Positions 57,016 through 64,000 of a DNA stretch of 64,000 bases are shown in pieces. Within the stretch, counting starts at the first letter, position 1. Each line of letters starts with the position of its first letter. Under the pieces are notes generated by a model, which did no database searches, was not told the origin of the DNA, and saw nothing but the letters and a program-made list of their open reading frames with translations. Origin of the DNA: an uncultured Candidatus Saccharibacteria bacterium (lineage in GTDB: Bacteria; Patescibacteriota; Minisyncoccia; Phycocordibacterales; JAKAEA01); NCBI GenBank assembly GCA_964520645.1, contig CAZFND010000003.1:881-64880 (forward strand). The letters run 5' to 3'. Made by a program: the position numbers and the translations under genes.

Positions 57016-57103
57016 AGTTTGTGTGAAATGTGTGCTATAATTTTTGCGAAATAATCTTATTGAACAGTGCATTTAACCTCAAAATAAATAAATTAACGTA
57101 TAC

Positions 57104-58630
57104 ATGGGAAAAATTAAAAAATTCGTCAAAAATTATAAATATTCGATTCCAGTTGCAGTAGTCATTATTATTGTACTTATTTTTGCTTTCACTCGTGGAG
57201 GTAAAAAAGTTACAAGTGAATCTATTACACTTGGACGTACGACGTTGGCACAAGAAATTAGTGTAACAGGACGAGTTCATCCTGCAGAAAATGTAGATCT
57301 TGCTGTACAGTCTGGAGGACGAGTGAGTGAAATACGAGTAGCAGTTGGACAGACTGTTACTGCGGGAGAGACATTGCTAAGAGTAGACTCATCTGATTTG
57401 CAGATTAGATTGGGACGACAGCAAGCAGCTTTGCAAAAGGCGCAGCTCGCTCTCGCAAATCAGCAGCCTGGAGCAGGGAATGCAACAGACGATCTCAAGA
57501 AGGCATATGAAGATGGCTTCAATACTATTGCTGACACATTTCTTGATATCCCTGGAGTTATCACAGGAGTTGATAATATGATTAATAAAAGTAGTACATA
57601 TTCTCCGTATTTAGATCAAGAAAGTATTCGCCCTCTTGGACAAACTGCTCTTGATATGAGACAAGCTCTTGTAAAAGAATACAATCTCGTAAATGAACAA
57701 TATCAAGCATTGTTTACAAAATATAAATCATTTTCTCGAGCTGCAACTCCTGCTGAGCTCGAAGTAATGCTCAATCAAACCTATGATGTGACAAAGCTTA
57801 TTGCGAATACAATAAAAAGCACACGCAATTTGGTAGACTATGTTGAAAATCAACGAACAAATGCGACTGCCGATGTGATAGCAGATATTGATGCTGATCA
57901 AGCAACTCTTTCTACCTATACTCAAAATACAAATACAGATTTGTCAGCACTTCTTACAATAAAAAATACTATTAAAAATTCTCGAGATGCAATTAATAGT
58001 CAAACAAATAATACTGAAAGTAGTAGTATCGATATTCGACAAGCACAGCTTGATATTCAGGACACTCTCGTTCAGATTAACAACCGCACAATTAAATCTC
58101 CAATAGATGGTATTGTCACAAAAATTGATGCAAAGGTAGGAGAAACACTTTCACCGACAGTAAATGCTGTATCAGTTATTTCTCAAGGTCAATTTGAAAT
58201 TGAAGCAAACATTCCAGAAGCTGATATCGCAAAATTGCAGGTAGGTCAGGCCGCAGATGTTACTATGGACGCATACGGAAGTGATGTAATCTTTAAAGCA
58301 CAAGTAAGTATTATTGATCCAGCAGAAACATTGATTGATGGAGTTGCAACTTACAAGACTACATTCACATTTATAGAAAAGGATGAGCGAATTAAATCAG
58401 GTATGACTGCGGATATTGTAGTGAAGGGTGCTCAAAAAGAAAATGTTCTTGCTATTCCACAACGTGCGGTCATTATGAAAAATGGTGGTAAATACGTACA
58501 AGTAATTCAGGGAGAAAAAATTGTTGAGAAACAAGTAGAAACAGGATTTAGAGGCTCAGATGGACGAGTAGAAATCGTCAGTGGTCTTACTGAAGGAGAG
58601 AACGTGGTTGTGTTCACTGATCAGAAATAA
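57104..58630 (+). CDS. efflux ABC periplasmic adaptor (HlyD/MFP family)
   Basis: N-terminal TM, lipoyl-like motifs (GRVHPAENVDLAVQSGGRVSEIRVAVGQTVTAGETLL…), long coiled coil, C-terminal beta domains. Confidence 0.75.
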   Translation: MGKIKKFVKNYKYSIPVAVVIIIVLIFAFTRGGKKVTSESITLGRTTLAQEISVTGRVHPAENVDLAVQSGGRVSEIRVAVGQTVTAGETLLRVDSSDLQIRLGRQQAALQKAQLALANQQPGAGNATDDLKKAYEDGFNTIADTFLDIPGVITGVDNMINKSSTYSPYLDQESIRPLGQTALDMRQALVKEYNLVNEQYQALFTKYKSFSRAATPAELEVMLNQTYDVTKLIANTIKSTRNLVDYVENQRTNATADVIADIDADQATLSTYTQNTNTDLSALLTIKNTIKNSRDAINSQTNNTESSSIDIRQAQLDIQDTLVQINNRTIKSPIDGIVTKIDAKVGETLSPTVNAVSVISQGQFEIEANIPEADIAKLQVGQAADVTMDAYGSDVIFKAQVSIIDPAETLIDGVATYKTTFTFIEKDERIKSGMTADIVVKGAQKENVLAIPQRAVIMKNGGKYVQVIQGEKIVEKQVETGFRGSDGRVEIVSGLTEGENVVVFTDQK

Positions 58631-58631
58631 T

Positions 58632-59348
58632 ATGTCGCTCGTTACGGTACGAAATCTTAAAAAAACATATTACAACGAGGGTACTGCGACGCCTGTATTG
58701 CATGGTATCAACTTTACTATTGAACCAGGAGAATTCGTAGCGGTGATGGGGCCATCAGGATCTGGAAAATCAACATTACTCCAAATTCTGGGATTTCTTG
58801 ATGGCCATACTTCGGGAGAATATATATTTGAAGGGCGGGAAGTGTCTGGATATTCAAAAGCAGAAGTAGCAAAAATTCGTAATCAAAAATTAGGATTTAT
58901 TTTTCAAGCATTCAACTTGCTGGCCCGTACGACCGTGCTTGAAAATGTAAAATTGCCGCTTCTCTATTCTGATATTCCAGAATCTGAGTGGGACAAACGA
59001 GCCAAGAAAGCTATCGAATCGGTAGGACTGTCTCACCGAATCGATCATGAACCAGCTCAGCTTTCTGGTGGAGAAAAGCAGCGTGTGGCGATTGCACGAG
59101 CACTTGTCTGTGAACCAAGTATTATTTTTGCAGACGAGCCAACAGGAAACCTCGACTCAAAATCAGGCCAGACAGTCATGGAAATCATTCAAAAATTAAA
59201 TGAAGAAGGTCATACTGTTCTTCTTATTACTCACGAAACATCTACAGCCGAGCATGCGCAACGTATAATTCATATCAAAGACGGTCTTATAGAAAGTGAT
59301 ACAAAAGTTAAGAATCGTCGAAAGGCGACTGATAACTATAGTAAATAA
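58632..59348 (+). CDS. ABC transporter ATP-binding protein (MacB/LolD type)
   Basis: Walker [10 protein letters not shown], signature LSGGEKQR, Walker B IIFADEPT. Start reset to MSLVTV. Confidence 0.85.
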   Translation: MSLVTVRNLKKTYYNEGTATPVLHGINFTIEPGEFVAVMGPSGSGKSTLLQILGFLDGHTSGEYIFEGREVSGYSKAEVAKIRNQKLGFIFQAFNLLARTTVLENVKLPLLYSDIPESEWDKRAKKAIESVGLSHRIDHEPAQLSGGEKQRVAIARALVCEPSIIFADEPTGNLDSKSGQTVMEIIQKLNEEGHTVLLITHETSTAEHAQRIIHIKDGLIESDTKVKNRRKATDNYSK

Positions 59349-60583
59349 TGGTATTAAAGCATCGTATAAAAACTGCGTTTACGGGATTAACTACTAACAA
59401 ATCTCGCTCCTTGCTTACTATTTTGGGAATAGTAATTGGTATTACGGCTATCATAATTGTGATGGCTATTGGCCAAGGTGCGCAGCATTTGATTTTAAGC
59501 CAGGTAGAAGGATTTGGAGCGACTACTATTAGTATCGATGCAGGCAAGCAGCCCAATGGTCCATCAGGGGTGGGAGAATTGTATACTGATTCTCTTAAAC
59601 AAAAGGATGTAGATGCCCTCATGAAGCCATCCAATGTGCAAGGATTAAAAGCGATTACACCGATTGTCTTACAGCCTGCTTCTATCATTTCTGAAAATGA
59701 AACAAAGCGTTCTACTGTCTATGGTGTGTCAGAAGTATTTGGAGATATCTTAAGCTTGTACCCTAATCAAGGGCAATTTTTTACTGCTGATGATGTAAAG
59801 CAAAAAGCTCGGGTAATAGTACTAGGCTCAAAAGTAAAAGAAGATTTGTTTGGATTATCTGATGCTCTTGGAAAAAGCGTGAGAATAAAAGATCAATCTT
59901 TTAGAGTTGTAGGAATTTTCCCAGAAAAAGGGCAATCAATTTTTAATGTAGATGATACGGCACTTATTCCATACACGACCGTGCAGCAATATTTGTCGGG
60001 TACCAATTATTTTAATTCTTTGATGGTACAGGCAAAGAGCGAAGAAAATCTTGATCGAGTAGTATACGATCTTGAAGCAACCCTCCGCGAATCACATGGT
60101 ATTACTGATCCTGCCAACGATGATTTTCATGTTACAACACAAGCAGATGCAGTAGCTATTGTAGGAACAATTACTACTGTGCTCACTGCATTACTGGGGT
60201 CAGTTGCAGCAATTTCACTTATTGTAGGAGGAATAGGAATTATGAATATTATGTTGGTCTCTGTCACCGAGCGAACACGAGAAATTGGTTTGCGAAAAGC
60301 ATTGGGAGCAACAGAACGAGATATTTTGTTTCAGTTTTTGATTGAATCAATGATGCTTACAGGTTTCGGAGGAATCATTGGAATTATTCTTGGCGCAGGG
60401 ATTTCATTTATTGCAGCACTTATATTAAGTGCCACGGTAGCTGCTGGATGGACATTCGTATTTCCTGTGATGGGAGCACTATTGGGATTGGGAGTATCTG
60501 GAGCTATTGGATTTATCTTTGGAATTTATCCCGCAAAACGCGCCGCAGCTAAGAGTCCTATGGAAGCGTTGAGATATGAATAA
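59348..60583 (+). CDS. ABC transporter permease (FtsX/MacB family)
   Basis: N-terminal TM, MacB periplasmic domain, and a C-terminal 3-TM FtsX module. Confidence 0.8.
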   Translation: MVLKHRIKTAFTGLTTNKSRSLLTILGIVIGITAIIIVMAIGQGAQHLILSQVEGFGATTISIDAGKQPNGPSGVGELYTDSLKQKDVDALMKPSNVQGLKAITPIVLQPASIISENETKRSTVYGVSEVFGDILSLYPNQGQFFTADDVKQKARVIVLGSKVKEDLFGLSDALGKSVRIKDQSFRVVGIFPEKGQSIFNVDDTALIPYTTVQQYLSGTNYFNSLMVQAKSEENLDRVVYDLEATLRESHGITDPANDDFHVTTQADAVAIVGTITTVLTALLGSVAAISLIVGGIGIMNIMLVSVTERTREIGLRKALGATERDILFQFLIESMMLTGFGGIIGIILGAGISFIAALILSATVAAGWTFVFPVMGALLGLGVSGAIGFIFGIYPAKRAAAKSPMEALRYE

Positions 60584-60633
60584 TACTTTTTCTTCCTTTA
60601 ACTTTTGTACCCATAGTGGTAAAATGAAAGGGT

Positions 60634-61530
60634 ATGAAAAAAATCATTATTGCAATCGTTGTTCTTATTTTATTAGGCTTAGGAATTTATTTTATTAGTA
60701 AAGGTGCGTCACAAAATAGTAATGTTGTTTCTAATCAGAATACAACAAGTGAGGATAATACTCAGCAACCCACAACAGTAGATAAGACAAAGTCAGTGCT
60801 TGGTAAATCAGTAGAAGGTCGTGACATTACTGCGTATCATTTTGGTACTGGTAGTACAGAACTTCTCTTTATTGGAGGAATTCACGGAGGATATGAATGG
60901 AACACCGTTCTTGTCGCTCAGCAATTAATTGATTATCTCAAGCAAACTCCAAGTGCTATCCCTGCAAATGTAAAAGTAACAGTTATTCCCGTTATGAATC
61001 CAGATGGATTAAATAAAGTGGTAGGAACTGCAGATGCAAATTTCACTGCATCAGATGTGTCTTCAAATTCAAACACAGTTATCTCAGGACGATTTAATGG
61101 AAATAATGTAGACCTCAGTCGAAACTTTGATTGTGATTGGAAATCTCAAGGAACATGGCAGACACGAACTGTAAATGGAGGAACAAAAGCATTTTCTGAA
61201 CCAGAAAGTCAGGCTATCAAAAGTTATGTAGAAGCTCATACTCCTGCTGCTATTGTCACATGGTACAGTGCTGCTGGTGGAGTCTTTGCCTCAAATTGTC
61301 ATAATGGAGTCTCTTCAGAAACAAACACTCTTACTCAGAAGTATGCAACTGCTTCAGGATATCCTGCATATCAGAAGTTTGATTTCTATGCTCTCACCGG
61401 TGATATGGTAAATTGGTTTGCAAAAGAAAACATTCCTGCAATAAGTGTTCTTCTTACAAATCACTCAGATACAGAATGGAATAAGAACAAAGCTGGTGTA
61501 GATGCTCTCCTTAAATACTACGCTAAATAA
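60634..61530 (+). CDS. M14-family peptidase-like protein, predicted inactive paralog
   Basis: GGIHGGYEWN, NPDG and DLSRNFD M14 blocks are present. The third zinc-ligand position reads WYS (Y instead of H), and the catalytic Glu position reads SVLL (L instead of E). Confidence 0.5.
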   Translation: MKKIIIAIVVLILLGLGIYFISKGASQNSNVVSNQNTTSEDNTQQPTTVDKTKSVLGKSVEGRDITAYHFGTGSTELLFIGGIHGGYEWNTVLVAQQLIDYLKQTPSAIPANVKVTVIPVMNPDGLNKVVGTADANFTASDVSSNSNTVISGRFNGNNVDLSRNFDCDWKSQGTWQTRTVNGGTKAFSEPESQAIKSYVEAHTPAAIVTWYSAAGGVFASNCHNGVSSETNTLTQKYATASGYPAYQKFDFYALTGDMVNWFAKENIPAISVLLTNHSDTEWNKNKAGVDALLKYYAK

Positions 61531-62411
61531 TGCAATCTTTCTCAAAGAATCAGCTCATAGCAAGTATAAGTATTGTACTTATACTTGCTATTGCGTTGCT
61601 TGCTTTTCTCTTCTTTAGACAAAGTAATGAAGTTGTCGTCATGCTTCCGGTAGCAACGACATCTCCTGTATATAAAATCATAGGAACATCCGTAGAAGGT
61701 CGCAAGATCGAATCGTATACCTATGGAAAGGGAAGTACAACTCTGGCATTTGTAGGAGGAATTCATGGTGGATATGAATGGAATAGTGTATTGCTAGCAT
61801 ATGAAGCAATGGATTATCTCAAACAAAATCCAAAAGCTATTCCAAGTAATGTAAAAATTACAATTATTCCTTCACTCAATCCTGATGCAGTATACAAAGT
61901 GACCGGTAAAGAAGGACGGTTTGCTGAATGGGAAGTAACAAAAGATACAAAGGTATTAACTTCAGCACGATTTAATTCTCACACAGTAGATCTCAATCGT
62001 AACTTTGACTGCAAATGGCAGCCAAAAAGTACATGGCAAAACAAAACAGTAAGTGCCGGCTCTGGAGTATTTTCTGAGCCTGAAGCACAAGCTCTTCGTG
62101 ATTTTGCGCTTCAAGAGAAGCCTGTCGGAGTAGTATTCTGGCATAGCCAAGCAAATGCTGTGTATGCTTCTGAATGCAAAAATGGAGTGCTACCCACAAC
62201 TCTGGATATTATGAATGCCTATGCACAAGCAAGTGGATACAAAGCTGTAAAATCATTTGATGCATATCCAGTAAGTGGTGATGCAGAAAGCTGGCTTGCT
62301 TCTATCAACATTCCAGCAATTTCTGTTGAACTCAAAACGCATGAGACTATTGAATGGGAAAAGAACTTGGCTGGTATTAAAGCACTTATGAATTATTATA
62401 GTAAGAAATAA
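61530..62411 (+). CDS. M14-family zinc peptidase (MpaA/gamma-D-Glu-Dap peptidase-like)
   Basis: GGIHGGYEWN, NPD, DLNRNFD, FWHSQ (third His retained) and SVELK (catalytic Glu retained). Confidence 0.55.
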   Translation: MQSFSKNQLIASISIVLILAIALLAFLFFRQSNEVVVMLPVATTSPVYKIIGTSVEGRKIESYTYGKGSTTLAFVGGIHGGYEWNSVLLAYEAMDYLKQNPKAIPSNVKITIIPSLNPDAVYKVTGKEGRFAEWEVTKDTKVLTSARFNSHTVDLNRNFDCKWQPKSTWQNKTVSAGSGVFSEPEAQALRDFALQEKPVGVVFWHSQANAVYASECKNGVLPTTLDIMNAYAQASGYKAVKSFDAYPVSGDAESWLASINIPAISVELKTHETIEWEKNLAGIKALMNYYSKK

Positions 62412-62419
62412 TTACTACT

Positions 62420-63517
62420 ATGAAAAAAGTATATATAATTCTTTCTCTTATTTTAGTTGTGATTGGAGCAGTTGTTGTGATCAATCGTACTCCTAAGTCA
62501 GTAGATATTAAACCCACAAATACTCCTAACTATTCAGGAAAAGATTTTTCACTTACATATCCTGAAGGCTATACCGTAGATGAATCATATAAATATCAAG
62601 CTCTTGGACCTGGAAAAGAAGTGTCTGGAGTAAAATTCACTATTCCAACCTCTTTTGCGACAGGAACAAATCTCTCTGCTGATTCATATATAAGTGTAGA
62701 GCATGTAGCAAATCTTCCTGAATGTTCTGTCATCCCATTTACGATGAAAGGAACTACTGCAAGTATTGTAAGAGATGGGGGAACTACATATCTTATCGCC
62801 ACATCAAGTGATGCTGCTGCAGGGAATCGATATGACGAAACTATCTATGCAATTCCAGGAACTAATCCATGTATTGCTATTCGATACTTTATTCACTCAA
62901 CTGTTTTTGAAAATTATCCAGCAGGAAGTATACTGCAATTTGATAAACAAGCGCTTATTAATCAGTTTGATCAGATACGAAGAACCTTGGTTGTGCATCC
63001 TGTAGTTTCAGAAAACACTGATTCTTCAAATATAAAATGTTTAGAGAGCCCAAAGTATGTTGCTGTTCAGAGAAACATCAAAGATGATGTCGGTTCTGAT
63101 ATTCTGGTAAAATTTAAAACATCTGCTGATCAAAAGATCCCTTGTAAATATTCCGTCGCTCCTGGTGATTTTGAAGTGAAAGAGAATGGAAGTGCACAGT
63201 ATTTTCTTGTATTTACCACAAATTTTCTAGCACTAGACAGTAGTGTTGATCAAGACCCACGTACACTTACCATCTATAACTTAAATACCAAGAAACAAGT
63301 ATATGAAGACACGTATTCAAAGCCGATAACACAGGAAGGAGATGTCCTTACGTATTGGACTCCTACAAATACTAAAGCAACAGCTCAAAACTGTACTCAA
63401 TATAAAGAATACACATCAAAATACACGGGAGCATTTATCGAATCTCAAGTGAGACTTGATTTAAGCACATTAACTAAAAAAGAATTAGGTGAATCACGAT
63501 GTATGCCTTTGCAATAA
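62420..63517 (+). CDS. membrane-anchored hypothetical protein
   Basis: N-terminal TM; the soluble domain has several Cys; no motif recognised. Confidence 0.3.
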   Translation: MKKVYIILSLILVVIGAVVVINRTPKSVDIKPTNTPNYSGKDFSLTYPEGYTVDESYKYQALGPGKEVSGVKFTIPTSFATGTNLSADSYISVEHVANLPECSVIPFTMKGTTASIVRDGGTTYLIATSSDAAAGNRYDETIYAIPGTNPCIAIRYFIHSTVFENYPAGSILQFDKQALINQFDQIRRTLVVHPVVSENTDSSNIKCLESPKYVAVQRNIKDDVGSDILVKFKTSADQKIPCKYSVAPGDFEVKENGSAQYFLVFTTNFLALDSSVDQDPRTLTIYNLNTKKQVYEDTYSKPITQEGDVLTYWTPTNTKATAQNCTQYKEYTSKYTGAFIESQVRLDLSTLTKKELGESRCMPLQ

Positions 63518-63531
63518 TGACCTGTACACTT

Positions 63532-64000
63532 TTAGTGCTGAGTTGTAGTATCAATAATCCAATTGATAGGCTGAGTACTTCGTGAGATAAGATTAAAGAC
63601 GATGGCGACGGTGAGAAGTGCAAATGAAAGCTGTGTATTATAAAAGCTGAGGCCAATTGCTATCGTTGCACATGCAATAGGAATAATGGTTCTAATTAAT
63701 CCTCGGCGAAGCTCAGATTTTTTTACATATTGATGATCGATATTTCCCGATTTGAGTACATAGTCTCGCATCCACAATAGAGACAATCCGATACAGATAA
63801 TATTAATAGAATAAATAGTAATTGCTAATTGAGTATTGCTGTATTCTCCAAGAAGGCGAGATGAGAAGGGAATGAGGGCAATAAAAAAGAAAAAGAATGC
63901 ATTTATAGTTGTCAGTCTCACATTAATATTTTTTGCATAGACTGATGCAATAAAGTGATGAGCACGCCAGTAGGTGAAGATCAGGGCAAAACTGAGAATA
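63532..64000 (-). CDS. integral membrane protein (3' part; the frame continues past the window end)
   Basis: The minus-strand ORF is open to the window edge (…ILSFALIFTYWRAHHFIASVYAKNINVRLTTINAFFFF…). Multiple TM helices. Confidence 0.35.
   Translation of the reverse strand, partial: ILSFALIFTYWRAHHFIASVYAKNINVRLTTINAFFFFFIALIPFSSRLLGEYSNTQLAITIYSINIICIGLSLLWMRDYVLKSGNIDHQYVKKSELRRGLIRTIIPIACATIAIGLSFYNTQLSFALLTVAIVFNLISRSTQPINWIIDTTTQH

Noticed and set aside
1-64000. CRISPR arrays, rRNA genes, transposases/IS elements, prophage genes
   Set aside because: No regularly spaced direct repeats, no rRNA-like conserved stretches, and no transposase- or integrase-like ORFs seen anywhere in the window.

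Overview
The window is low-GC (~35-40%) with tight gene spacing and few recognisable Shine-Dalgarno sites. Together with short housekeeping proteins such as a truncated-form IF-2 and a short four-domain S1, this looks like a reduced genome of the Patescibacteria/CPR kind. That lineage call is inference.

The housekeeping backbone is clear. One block is mltG, trxB, ftsZ, ftsA, ybeY, rpsU, a divergent HisRS-like gene, lepB, pth and rpsA. A second runs gyrA, a methyltransferase and a solute-binding protein. A third is infB-rbfA followed by tRNA-Cys, tRNA-Leu and tRNA-Lys. Further on come iscS, clpB, tRNA-Tyr, ddl, alr, an unannotated rpmG, tRNA-Trp, miaA, tRNA-Leu, parB, topA, dprA, serS, ftsQ-like, dusB, dnaX and tRNA-Gln.

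Features that do not fit the backbone:
1. A tandem array of five small secreted two-helix proteins resembling conjugative (VirB2/TrbC-type) pilins, apparently co-transcribed with an anchored solute-binding protein.
2. A ~2.6 kb high-GC cassette next to tRNA-Leu(UAG). It carries two membrane genes (a coiled-coil polytopic protein and an SPFH/flotillin-like protein), each with its own near-identical TTGACT promoter and AAGGAG ribosome-binding site.
3. A second, ~0.5 kb high-GC islet encoding a Pro-rich, Cys-containing secreted repeat protein with its own terminator.
4. A family of nested palindromic intergenic elements present in three copies.
5. A candidate structured RNA with an intrinsic terminator immediately upstream of dnaX.
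6. An accessory block downstream of tRNA-Gln (44.3-52.9 kb) holding a histidine phosphatase, a kinase-like protein, a PAPS-type sulfotransferase, a cupin, a TadA-like deaminase, an archaeal-type SAM synthetase, a UvrD/HelD-like helicase, a HIT protein and two Nudix proteins.
7. A MacAB-like export module followed by two M14 peptidase paralogs, one of which appears catalytically dead.

No CRISPR array, rRNA or integrase was seen. All calls are by eye from the sequence and ORF track. Family assignments rest on remembered motifs and were not searched.
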